A stretch of DNA of 43,067 nucleotides, from NCBI GenBank assembly GCA_964609815.1, contig CAZSRV010000002.1, positions 1 through 43,067 of the forward strand, read 5' to 3'. This DNA comes from an uncultured Candidatus Saccharibacteria bacterium (GTDB lineage Bacteria > Patescibacteriota > Saccharimonadia > Saccharimonadales > 2-12-FULL-41-12). Position 1 is the stretch's first letter. The number at the start of each line of letters is the position of its first letter. A program made the translations under genes and the position numbers. Under the pieces are notes generated by a model. It was given only the letters and a program-made list of their open reading frames with translations, was not told the origin of the DNA and did no database searches. Of this stretch, positions 8,102 to 16,904 are shown in pieces.

Positions 8102-9682
8102 TTATGATTTAATAGCGTTTATAAAACCAACAAACATTGGATGCGGGCGGTTGGGTCTAGATCTAAATTCTGGATGGAATTGGCTCGCCAGGAAGAATGG
8201 ATGGTCAGTAGCCTCTATAATTTCCACCAAATCACCACTAGGACTCTGGCCAGAAACAGCTATTCCCCATTCTTTGTACCTATGTCGGTAATCATTATTA
8301 GCTTCATAGCGATGACGATGGCGCTCAGTAATATCACTAATTCCATAGACCTCTTTGGCCAAAGAACCGTTAACTAATTGACAAGGATAATCACCTAGAC
8401 GCATAGTGCCGCCAGTGCCTTCTTTACCCTTTTGGTCGGTCATAGTGTGGACTACTGGATCTTTAGCACTAGGGTCAAACTCCGCTGAATTAGCACTTGC
8501 TAGACCGGCATTACGGGCAGCCGCAATTAGACCAACTTGCATGCCCAAACAAAGTCCCAAATATGGTTTTCCTGACTGCAAAGCAAACTGAGCAGCACTA
8601 ATTTTGCCCTCTACGCCCCGTTTGCCAAAACCGCCTGGCACTAAAATCCCATCGTAATCTTCTAAATCTTTAGTGTCATAATCTTCGGCATTTACCCAAT
8701 CTATTTGCAATCCCACGCCTGCCTGCCACGTAGCTGACTTTAGCGCTTCAAACACTGACATATAGGTATCTTGATTGTCCAAATATTTTGCTACTACCGC
8801 TACTTTATAAGTTTGTGCCGGATCTGACAATGCCGAATCTACAACTCTTTGCCACTCTGTCAGGTCAGCTTTTGCGCTCTTTAGACCCAAACGCTTAGTA
8901 ATAACTTCACCAATGTTGTTTTGCTCAAGCGTCAAAGGCACTTCATAGATATTACGAGCATTTGGCAATGAGACGATAGCATCACGGCCGACTCCACCAA
9001 ACAAACTTAACTTGTCTAAAACTTCTTCTGGCGGCTGATCCTCGCTACGAGCTACCAGAATATCTGGCACGATACCAACTGAACGCAAATCACGTACAGC
9101 ATTCTGAGCAGGTTTAGTCTTGACCTCTTTACTAGCGCCTAAATATGGCAAGTATACAACGTGTGTATATAAACAATTTTCACGACCATGCTTTAGCCCA
9201 AACTCACGGATCGCCTCTACAAATGCCGGGCTTTCATAATCACCTACCGTTCCACCAATTTCTACAATATGAATATCATAGCCCTTAGATGCCAATAGGA
9301 TTTGTTCCTGAATAGCGTTAGTCAGATGCGGAATCACCTGCACTGTCTTGCCCAAAAATTTGCCCGAGCGCTCGTCATTGATTAATTTCAAAAGTAATCG
9401 CCCGCTCATTACACTACTACTCTTAGTAGTTTCTACGTCCAGGAACCGCTCGTAGTGCCCCAGGTCCAGATCAGTCTCGGCACCATCTTTGGTAACAAAA
9501 CATTCACCGTGTTCAGCTGGGTTGAGCGTACCGGCATCAACATTTAGATACGGGTCCAGTTTTTGGATATTTACTGAATATCCGCGAGCCTTTAGGATAG
9601 TTCCGATAGAAGCGCCCGTGATACCCTTTCCGACTCCAGAAAGCACTCCACCCACTACAAATATATACTTGGTTTTACTCAC
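8102..9682 (-). CDS. pyrG: CTP synthase
   Basis: 526 aa: MSKTKYIFVVGGVLSGVGKGI, the glutaminase triad region GLCLGMQ, and HRHRYE. Confidence 0.97.
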   Translation of the reverse strand: MSKTKYIFVVGGVLSGVGKGITGASIGTILKARGYSVNIQKLDPYLNVDAGTLNPAEHGECFVTKDGAETDLDLGHYERFLDVETTKSSSVMSGRLLLKLINDERSGKFLGKTVQVIPHLTNAIQEQILLASKGYDIHIVEIGGTVGDYESPAFVEAIREFGLKHGRENCLYTHVVYLPYLGASKEVKTKPAQNAVRDLRSVGIVPDILVARSEDQPPEEVLDKLSLFGGVGRDAIVSLPNARNIYEVPLTLEQNNIGEVITKRLGLKSAKADLTEWQRVVDSALSDPAQTYKVAVVAKYLDNQDTYMSVFEALKSATWQAGVGLQIDWVNAEDYDTKDLEDYDGILVPGGFGKRGVEGKISAAQFALQSGKPYLGLCLGMQVGLIAAARNAGLASANSAEFDPSAKDPVVHTMTDQKGKEGTGGTMRLGDYPCQLVNGSLAKEVYGISDITERHRHRYEANNDYRHRYKEWGIAVSGQSPSGDLVEIIEATDHPFFLASQFHPEFRSRPNRPHPMFVGFINAIKS

Positions 9683-9740
9683 GCCTAAATTGTCCCCTAA
9701 AAAACTATTCGTTTAGTACATCATATCACAAAAATGAAAA

Positions 9741-9784
9741 GGCCACCTATCTTGTTTTGTTTATTCAACAAATAAAATAGGTGG
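9741..9784 (-). terminator. intrinsic terminator ending the two-gene small-membrane-protein cassette
   Basis: 9-bp stem gccacctat/ataggtggc (9741-9749 / 9776-9784) with further pairing inside the loop (ttgtt/aacaa). On the minus strand it is followed by cttttcattttt. Confidence 0.6.
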
Positions 9785-9794
9785 CGTGTGTTGT

Positions 9795-9980
9795 TCATTT
9801 TTCCGGTACTCGCATGCGAGCCTTCCTTTCATCATAGATGCGCTCGACACCTAAGTAGGCCAAGATTACTCCAGGGACGAGAAAGATCGGTGAGATCCAG
9901 TCGCTACCGCTGACGACCATCAAGAATACGGCAACTACCAAGACGATACCGACGAGCAGGAGAATCACTCCTTTTCTCAT
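9795..9980 (-). CDS. 61-aa two-TM membrane protein with a basic C-terminus
   Basis: The internal ATG at 9980 is preceded by aaggaggg (SD), which trims the 79-aa track ORF. MRKGVILLLVGIVLVVAVFLMVVSGSDWISPIFLVPGVILAYLGVERIYDERKARMRVPEK. About 50% GC by hand count, with many C/G-ending codons. Confidence 0.6.
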   Translation of the reverse strand: MRKGVILLLVGIVLVVAVFLMVVSGSDWISPIFLVPGVILAYLGVERIYDERKARMRVPEK

Positions 9981-10008
9981 TTTTCCCTCCTTGTGGATTT
10001 TGTTTAGA

Positions 10009-10200
10009 CTACCAGAGGTCCTCTTCATCATCAACTACAGGACTGTTCATGGCAATCTTATAGATGATGGCGCTGGCAATAGCCAGTGCGCCAGCGAAAA
10101 ACAGGGCCGGGACAAGGTAGCGAGTGATGATATGAACCACCACCCAAATAACAACGACCACGAGCATCACGCTCAGAATAATGTTACCAAGCTTAGGCAT
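10009..10200 (-). CDS. 63-aa two-TM membrane protein with an acidic C-terminus
   Basis: MPKLGNIILSVMLVVVVIWVVVHIITRYLVPALFFAGALAIASAIIYKIAMNSPVVDDEEDLW. SD gggag upstream. GC-rich codon usage like its partner. Confidence 0.6.
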   Translation of the reverse strand: MPKLGNIILSVMLVVVVIWVVVHIITRYLVPALFFAGALAIASAIIYKIAMNSPVVDDEEDLW

Positions 10201-10255
10201 AAATACTCCCTACGCTAGAAAGATTAGGATATAAATGTACAACTGCACTCTTCTA

Positions 10256-10284
10256 ATTATACCACACCATGCCCCAAAAGTCAA
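10256..10284 (-). promoter_or_regulatory. near-consensus sigma70 promoter with an extended -10, driving the two small membrane proteins
   Basis: On the minus strand: TTGACT (10284-10279), exactly 17 nt, then TGgTATAAT (-10 at 10261-10256). Confidence 0.65.
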
Positions 10285-10287
10285 TGA

Positions 10288-11505
10288 CTAGCGGAGTTTG
10301 TTTAGCGCGGCGTCTTTTTGTGGATCACGGCCTGCCAAAATATCTTCATCGGTGAGTTCTACCTTTTGGTCTGGTTCTATGCCCTCTTTGTCTATATTGC
10401 GACCATTTGGCGTAAACCAACGCGCAATTGTTACTTTGAGCGTACCGCCATCTTTTAGATTACGAATCTCCTGGACACTACCCTTGCCATAAGATTTTTG
10501 ACCAATTAACGTAGCTACGCCATTATCACGCAGTGCCCCAGCTGTGATCTCGCTGGCGCTAGCACTACCCTCATCTATCAAAACTACCGTCGGCACGCCA
10601 AGCAGTACCGAATTGCCAGTAGCAGTATAGGTCTTGATAGTTTTGCCATCACGTTTTTCTTCTAATACAGTTTTGCCCTTTGGCAGCCAAATAGATGATA
10701 CGTCAACCGCCGAACTCAGCAAACCGCCTGGGTTACCGCGCATATCTAGCACTACACCTCTAACATTCTTAGACTTGAACTCAGTGGCATATTGATTAAC
10801 CAACTTAGTTGTATCATCCCCAAACCGACTAATCCTAATAATGCCTATATTATCGCTTGTTACCTCTGATTTTACACTCGGAATATTAATCGTATCACGA
10901 GTGATTTCAATCGTCACCGGTTTGCCATCACGTATTAATTCTAGCTTTACAGTAGTACCTTTGGGACCACGGATCTTCTTTACGGCTTCACTGACGCTTA
11001 TGTCATAAGCCGACTCATCATCAATCTTGGATATTACATCACCAGCCCGTACACCGGCCTTCTGCGCCGGAAAGCCGTCAATTGGTGCGATAATCACTAC
11101 TGTATTGTCTTTTTTGCCTAGCTCAGCTCCGATACCATCAAAGGTACCATTCAACTCCCCTTGAAACTCCTTGGAATCTTGATCATTCATATATTCAGTG
11201 TAAGGATCGCCAGCCGCACTAACCAAGCCCTCTTTTAGGCCATCTTCTATTTTACTGGCGTCTACCTGGCCATCGTAACTTTCTTTTAGGGCCGAATAAA
11301 GCTCTTTAATCCCATCAAAGTCAATATCGGCCGAGTTGTTATTGCCAGCTATTGACCTATGGAAAACACTGTCAGCACCCCAGGCGATTCGGCCCGAGCC
11401 AATGGCTATGCCAAATAAAAATATAACAATCACTCCTGCTACATTTAGAAAAGCTCTTAGGTTCTTTTTATTACTGCCACGATTATCTTGATTAGACTCA
11501 GTCAA
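10288..11505 (-). CDS. ctpA: S41 family C-terminal processing peptidase with PDZ domain
   Basis: 405 aa with an N-terminal TM anchor, a PDZ domain (PAQKAGVRAGDVISKIDD), LDMRGNPGGLL, and the catalytic region IDEGSASASEI. Confidence 0.85.
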   Translation of the reverse strand: MTESNQDNRGSNKKNLRAFLNVAGVIVIFLFGIAIGSGRIAWGADSVFHRSIAGNNNSADIDFDGIKELYSALKESYDGQVDASKIEDGLKEGLVSAAGDPYTEYMNDQDSKEFQGELNGTFDGIGAELGKKDNTVVIIAPIDGFPAQKAGVRAGDVISKIDDESAYDISVSEAVKKIRGPKGTTVKLELIRDGKPVTIEITRDTINIPSVKSEVTSDNIGIIRISRFGDDTTKLVNQYATEFKSKNVRGVVLDMRGNPGGLLSSAVDVSSIWLPKGKTVLEEKRDGKTIKTYTATGNSVLLGVPTVVLIDEGSASASEITAGALRDNGVATLIGQKSYGKGSVQEIRNLKDGGTLKVTIARWFTPNGRNIDKEGIEPDQKVELTDEDILAGRDPQKDAALNKLR

Positions 11506-11563
11506 AACACACCCCTATCTATTAGTTTACCTAGGATTATATTATAGATTTTATATGACTAAA

Positions 11564-12802
11564 TTAGAAGTGGATAAAGTACAATCCGCTAGCCGAAACA
11601 GTCGCTTCGCTATAAGTACCAGTCAAACTAGCGTTGTACTGACTGACATAAATTGTGCCATTAGGGTTAACTCGCTCTACAAACATCACATGGCCCCAAG
11701 TACCATAATTACTAACGGCAATATCACCAGGACGAGGATTAGTGTCTACTGGTATGCCCAGGCTACGAGCGGCATCATCCCAATTATTGGCATTGCCAAA
11801 ACCATAAGGCATATAGCCGTGAGTTTTGTAAGTCTTCCAGGCAGCATAGCTAACACACTGACGATAACATAATCCCCAAGGGTCAATATCATCACCATAA
11901 TAACAAGAACCGGCATGCGTCCATGAACCGGCACGGTAATTAGCCCAAGGATAACCAGAACTATCAGGTACATTAATTATACCTCCGCTACGAGCAAACA
12001 ATCGGGCGTTTTCAGCAATCTGCTGAGCGCGCAAATCAGCAATTTTAGAACTGTTATTCTTGATCTGAGCTGATAGCTCATCCTGTTGACTTTGGTTCAT
12101 TGACAAAATACGATCTTTTTCGGCTTTTTGTGAAGCTAACTGACTCATTAGGCTTTGCTGGTCCTTCATGGCCTTCTCTACTGACTCTTTTTTGGTGTTT
12201 AGCTCTAATTTAAGTTGAGTAACTTTGTCTAGGGTAGTTTTAACTTTGGATCTAACACTATCTTGATATTGCTGCTTATCAAAAAAATCGCTCAGGTCTT
12301 TGCTGCTCATTAGCATTTCGGCAGTTGTAATGTCACCAGATACATACATAGCCCTGATAGAATCACCCAATAATTTCTTTTGCTTAGCTAGCTCTTCTTC
12401 GGTTTGCTTGATCTGAGTGCGCAAATTGTCAATCTCGGTGGTTAGCTGATTGATTTTGGTCTGCGAGGCGTCTATTTGGCCCTGCAACATACTTATAGCC
12501 TCTGACAAAGAATCAGCCTCTACGCTCAGAACGCCTTGCGCTTGGCGTTTTTGGTCACTATCGGCACTTAGCGCATTAATTTGCTCTTGATAACGATCAG
12601 CCATAACCTTAGTGCCACCAATGGCCGAGAAACCATAGGCTAATACCAACACTCCTATTATTAGAGGCGTATATACTGTACTTGGCTTGATTTTATATGC
12701 TAGTTTTTTCATTTTTTTAAGTATTTTTGTTTTTCTATACTCACTAGTCATTGTATCATACATAAGCGGTTTATTCAACCCCCTTTCTTTGATAATTATC
12801 AC
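11564..12802 (-). CDS. PcsB-like peptidoglycan hydrolase: signal anchor, long coiled coil, C-terminal CHAP domain
   Basis: About 200 aa of heptad-like coiled coil (LQGQIDASQTKINQLTTEIDNLRTQIKQTEEELAKQKK...), then a CHAP domain (YRQCVSYAAWK ... GHVMFVERV). It lies 2 nt downstream of ftsX. The real start is probably an internal Met (MKKLAYKIK...). Confidence 0.75.
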   Translation of the reverse strand: MIIIKERGLNKPLMYDTMTSEYRKTKILKKMKKLAYKIKPSTVYTPLIIGVLVLAYGFSAIGGTKVMADRYQEQINALSADSDQKRQAQGVLSVEADSLSEAISMLQGQIDASQTKINQLTTEIDNLRTQIKQTEEELAKQKKLLGDSIRAMYVSGDITTAEMLMSSKDLSDFFDKQQYQDSVRSKVKTTLDKVTQLKLELNTKKESVEKAMKDQQSLMSQLASQKAEKDRILSMNQSQQDELSAQIKNNSSKIADLRAQQIAENARLFARSGGIINVPDSSGYPWANYRAGSWTHAGSCYYGDDIDPWGLCYRQCVSYAAWKTYKTHGYMPYGFGNANNWDDAARSLGIPVDTNPRPGDIAVSNYGTWGHVMFVERVNPNGTIYVSQYNASLTGTYSEATVSASGLYFIHF

Positions 12803-12804
12803 TC

Positions 12805-13785
12805 TTAGTTAACTCTGCGCAGACGTCGTTGTTTGGTCTGGTGGAATCTGAGATATTTCTTGGTGGCAACATATGACGATAGCGCGCCGATTAGCATACC
12901 AAATGCCAGCTGCATACCTAGGAATAACCAGAAATTCTTAGCAAAATACTCATTGGCGTACTTTATGTCAAGTAGACCCAGGGCGCTGGAGTCAAAAGCG
13001 CCAGCCTGAACCACAAATAAGGTATGACACAGAAGTATAGACACAATTGCCGCAATTACACCATAAAGCATAGTTTCTACAATAAACGGTCCCTTGATAA
13101 ACCAAGTACTAGCCCCCAGTAGTCGCATAATTGTCAGTTCATCACGCCGGTTGAATATAGCCATCTGGATAGTATTGAAGATTATTAGTACCGAGATAAC
13201 GGCAAAGACTATTACACCGATCAATACCGCCTTGCGAAAGAAAGATGTAGCTTTGGTTATTTTATCAATTGCCTCTTTGCGATCACCGGAATAAGACGTT
13301 TTGTCAGACTGAAGTTCTTGGTTTTTTACCGCCTCTATAACACTTCTGATAGCCTCTATATTGCCTGGGTCAGTTGGCTTGATTTTTAGAGTAGCCGGCA
13401 ATGGGTTATCGGTCTGAGAGATAGCTAGTAGCAGGTCCAGATTATCCTGATTATCTATGCGGTACTGCTTGAGGGCCTCTTCTTTAGATATATAAGTAAT
13501 ATTTTTAACATTACCCGTCTGTTTAAGCTCATTAATAAAATTATCACGCTGTTCATCCGTAACATTATCTTTTAGGTACACCGACACATCAATCTTGTCA
13601 TTGATCTGAGCTATAGTGTTATTGAATGTAGCGTTAGCGATAATTGAAAATAAAACTATAGTTAACGTCACTACCATCACGGCGGTAGCCGCTATGCTAA
13701 GTGAAATATTTCGGAAAAAGTTAACTACTCCAGTTTTGATAACTCGTTCTAAACTTATAAATCGGTGGGCAGCTTTATCGTTCAT
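12805..13785 (-). CDS. ftsX: cell division permease-like protein FtsX
   Basis: 326 aa: TM1, a large extracytoplasmic loop, then three C-terminal TM helices. Directly follows ftsE. Confidence 0.8.
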   Translation of the reverse strand: MNDKAAHRFISLERVIKTGVVNFFRNISLSIAATAVMVVTLTIVLFSIIANATFNNTIAQINDKIDVSVYLKDNVTDEQRDNFINELKQTGNVKNITYISKEEALKQYRIDNQDNLDLLLAISQTDNPLPATLKIKPTDPGNIEAIRSVIEAVKNQELQSDKTSYSGDRKEAIDKITKATSFFRKAVLIGVIVFAVISVLIIFNTIQMAIFNRRDELTIMRLLGASTWFIKGPFIVETMLYGVIAAIVSILLCHTLFVVQAGAFDSSALGLLDIKYANEYFAKNFWLFLGMQLAFGMLIGALSSYVATKKYLRFHQTKQRRLRRVN

Positions 13786-13787
13786 AA

Positions 13788-14477
13788 TTACCTTCCGATG
13801 GTGTATGTACCACCAGCCTTATCACTAACTATTCTGCCACCATCTATTGTTATGACGCGCCGACGCAGTTGGTTAACAATTTCTTGATTGTGAGTCGTTA
13901 ACAGAACAGTTGTACCGTATTTATTAATCTTTTCTAACACCCTAATGACATCCCAGGCATGTTTGGGATCAAGGTTACCGGTCGGCTCATCGGCAATTAG
14001 AATCTTTGGTTGACGAACTATTGCCCGAGCAATTGCTACTCGCTGACGCTCACCACCAGACAGCTCACGCGGGTAGTTTTTTTCTTTATTTTTTAGGCCT
14101 ACAATATTTAGGACCTTTGGCACAGTGTGCTTTATCTCTTTATTGCCAATACCAATAACTTCTAGCGCAAAAGCTACATTTTCAAAGACAGTTTTATTGG
14201 GCAAAAGTTTAAAATCCTGAAAAACCACACCAATACGACGACGTAATTTAGGTATATTTTTGTCTTTCAGATTCTCATAATCTATACCGCCGACTACAAT
14301 CTTGCCGGACGAAGGTTTTTCCTCTCTGGTAAGTAACTTAAGCAAAGTTGATTTGCCAGCACCACTCTGCCCAACTACAATTACAAACTCTTTCGGCTCT
14401 ATATGCAGCGTTACGCGCTCCAAAGCCGATCCGTTACGTTTAGTATATGTCTTGGTTACCCTATCCAAAAGAATCAT
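13788..14477 (-). CDS. ftsE: cell division ATP-binding protein FtsE
   Basis: Walker A GQSGAGKST, signature LSGGERQRVAIARA, Walker B ILIADEPTGNLD. Confidence 0.9.
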   Translation of the reverse strand: MILLDRVTKTYTKRNGSALERVTLHIEPKEFVIVVGQSGAGKSTLLKLLTREEKPSSGKIVVGGIDYENLKDKNIPKLRRRIGVVFQDFKLLPNKTVFENVAFALEVIGIGNKEIKHTVPKVLNIVGLKNKEKNYPRELSGGERQRVAIARAIVRQPKILIADEPTGNLDPKHAWDVIRVLEKINKYGTTVLLTTHNQEIVNQLRRRVITIDGGRIVSDKAGGTYTIGR

Positions 14478-14510
14478 ACCGCTATATTATAACAAACTTG
14501 GAGATAAGTT

Positions 14511-15584
14511 TTAGACGTTTTCGTTATTTTCTAAATACGATTCTATGAAATCATTGATATCACCATCCAAAACTGCTTGAGTTTGGCTAGTCTCATACCC
14601 TGTTCGCAAATCTTTGACCAAATTATATGGATGAAGTACATAATTTCGTATCTGATTACCCCAAGCAACTTGCTCATTGGGACCTTTTAATTGTGATAAA
14701 TTTTCTTGATGTTGCTCGGACTGTAGCTGAGCTAGCTTGGATCTCAAAATAGTCATGGCTGTTTCGCGGTTTTGCAGTTGACTACGCTCGTTTTGGATAC
14801 TAACACTTATACCAGTAGGTAAATGGGTAATCCGGACTGCGCTATCGGTAGTATTTACACTTTGGCCACCGTGTCCACTGGCCCTAAAAAAATCGGTCTT
14901 TAGATCTTTTTCATCAATTGGCGCATCCTCAGGGGTATCAATTTTGGGCAAAACCTCGACCTTGGCAAAACTAGTTTGACGCTTAGCATCAGAGTTAAAC
15001 GGACTTTGTCGTACTAAGCGGTGCACGCCATGTTCGCCGTGTAGTTTACCATAGACAAAACTACCATCACTAACCAAAAAACTAACGCTTTTCAGGCCAG
15101 CCTCTTCGCCAGGCGATTGATCAATAATCTCAGTCTTGATGTCATTATCTTCAGCCCAGCGCAAATACATTCTGAGCAACATCCCAGCCCAATCCTGGGC
15201 ATCAGTACCGCCAGCACCAGCAAAAATATTAACCACGGCATCATAATCATCATATTTGCCACTAAATTTTAATTGTTTTTTCAGATTGTATAATTTAGCG
15301 GATAGTATTTTTGCTTGAGCATCAATATCAGATTTTAGACTAGGGTCATTTAGTTTAGCTAGTTCATTCAGGTCGTCAAAAGCCGTTTTTAGATCCTGCC
15401 AAGGAGTAATTTGACTCTGTAATTTAGCCAAAACTTGCATTTGTCGTTGAGCACTTTGACTATCGTTCCAAAAATCCTTATCCTCAGATTCTTTGGTCAA
15501 CTTATTAATATCCTTTGATTTTGCTACATAGCCTATCTTGACCAAACAATTGTCTAAATCGTTAAGCTGTTCTGATAGATCCAC
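14511..15584 (-). CDS. prfB: peptide chain release factor 2 (contiguous ORF, no programmed frameshift)
   Basis: SPF tripeptide (VRQSPFNS) and GGQ ([23 protein letters not shown]). GTG start. Confidence 0.95.
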   Translation of the reverse strand: MDLSEQLNDLDNCLVKIGYVAKSKDINKLTKESEDKDFWNDSQSAQRQMQVLAKLQSQITPWQDLKTAFDDLNELAKLNDPSLKSDIDAQAKILSAKLYNLKKQLKFSGKYDDYDAVVNIFAGAGGTDAQDWAGMLLRMYLRWAEDNDIKTEIIDQSPGEEAGLKSVSFLVSDGSFVYGKLHGEHGVHRLVRQSPFNSDAKRQTSFAKVEVLPKIDTPEDAPIDEKDLKTDFFRASGHGGQSVNTTDSAVRITHLPTGISVSIQNERSQLQNRETAMTILRSKLAQLQSEQHQENLSQLKGPNEQVAWGNQIRNYVLHPYNLVKDLRTGYETSQTQAVLDGDINDFIESYLENNENV

Positions 15585-15585
15585 T

Positions 15586-16881
15586 CTATTTCTCCCAGAG
15601 TCGGTCTAACTGAGACATCAGCTCTTCGGGTTCGCCCTCCGACGGATTACCTAGAATCCCAAGCCCCCAAATATTCTCGCTAAACAGATTATTAGCACCC
15701 TCTATAATCTGGTTTTTGGTAACATCTTTTATGCGGGATGGTAATGAATGGTAATCAACATAAGTATCATCAAAAAAGTATCTTGACGCATAGTAACTAG
15801 TCATAGCAGATACGGTCTGATATCCACGCTGATATGATCCTAGTCGGCGCTGTTTAGCCGCTTCTATCTCCTCTTTTGTTAGTTTTCCATCAAAAACTTC
15901 TTTTAGCTGAGAGGTCATAATATTAAAAAGTTTATGGGCATTATCTGGTCTAACTTGAGCACCAAACCACCAGTTAGTACTGGAATAATCAAACCCAACA
16001 CCACTACTCATACTATAAACTAGTCCGTGTTCACGAGCAGTCCCGAGAATTCGGGAGTATAATGTTTCTGTTAACATACCATTAAGTAAGCTCATAGCTG
16101 TCAATTCATTATTGTTCATTCGCCTGCGAAGGAAGGTATCAAAATAAAAATAATAGTTATCAACCGTCTTATTTAGAATAGTCAGTGGTTTTTTTAGACG
16201 TCTTGGTATTTCTGCTGGCAAATCTTTGCGACCACTACCTTTTGGCAGGGTAGTTTTTTCTAGCATTGCAGTAATTTCCTTGCGCCTAGTAGGTGTAATT
16301 TTACCAGCAATAACAAAGCGCATATTAGACGATGTGTGAGTATTAATATAATGATTTTTAATATCATCCAGGCTGACATTATTCATAAGCTCTAAACGCT
16401 CTTGGTCTGTAACGCTGTAAAATCCATAGGCTTCACGCAGTGCAATACTTAGGTGTCTAAAATGATTATTAGATCTAGCTGTTAGCTCTTCGCGCACATT
16501 ACCGAACTCAGCCACAAATTCCTCTTCCAAAAATAATGGTTCGGTGATAGCTACTAACAACCAGTCCAAAATTCTCTGCCACTCAAAGTCGGCACACTCA
16601 GCTTCATAGACTATGTCATGCGTACCAGTGCTGGCGTTGCAATAAGCACCATTTTTCTCAAACTCGGCCTGAAACAGCCTAGCTTTTGGTATTTTTTTGT
16701 TAGCGCCAAGTAGCAAATGCTCCATAATGTGCGGCGCTTCCCATTTGTCACGTTCTACCAAATACTCACCTGCCCGAAAATTAAGCTCAAACGACATCAC
16801 TGTGGCATTTGGTACATTAATTAACAAACCTTTCGCACCGTTATCTAGAATTATCTCACTAACTTTATGCTCCATAGACAC
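15586..16881 (-). CDS. M16 family (pitrilysin/insulinase-like) zinc peptidase
   Basis: Inverted zinc motif HxxEH (HIMEHLLLG). 431 aa with a two-domain size. Confidence 0.75.
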   Translation of the reverse strand: MSMEHKVSEIILDNGAKGLLINVPNATVMSFELNFRAGEYLVERDKWEAPHIMEHLLLGANKKIPKARLFQAEFEKNGAYCNASTGTHDIVYEAECADFEWQRILDWLLVAITEPLFLEEEFVAEFGNVREELTARSNNHFRHLSIALREAYGFYSVTDQERLELMNNVSLDDIKNHYINTHTSSNMRFVIAGKITPTRRKEITAMLEKTTLPKGSGRKDLPAEIPRRLKKPLTILNKTVDNYYFYFDTFLRRRMNNNELTAMSLLNGMLTETLYSRILGTAREHGLVYSMSSGVGFDYSSTNWWFGAQVRPDNAHKLFNIMTSQLKEVFDGKLTKEEIEAAKQRRLGSYQRGYQTVSAMTSYYASRYFFDDTYVDYHSLPSRIKDVTKNQIIEGANNLFSENIWGLGILGNPSEGEPEELMSQLDRLWEK

Positions 16882-16904
16882 TCCCTGCCACCGCTAGTGA
16901 CGGA

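Noticed and set aside
9991-10218. 75-aa plus-strand ORF across the small-membrane-protein cassette
   Set aside because: It is antisense to the two minus-strand genes, and the promoter, SDs and terminator all support the minus-strand orientation.
11571-11579. DnaA-box-like 9-mers (agtggataa here, tgtggattt near 9994) and the idea that oriC lies near parAB
   Set aside because: They are isolated single near-matches inside or next to coding sequence. There is no cluster of boxes, no dnaA/dnaN, and no AT-rich unwinding element next to parAB in this window.
15480-15584. Possible programmed +1 frameshift site in prfB
   Set aside because: The N-terminal region is contiguous in one frame and aligns through the position of the E. 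coli frameshift, with no in-frame TGA.
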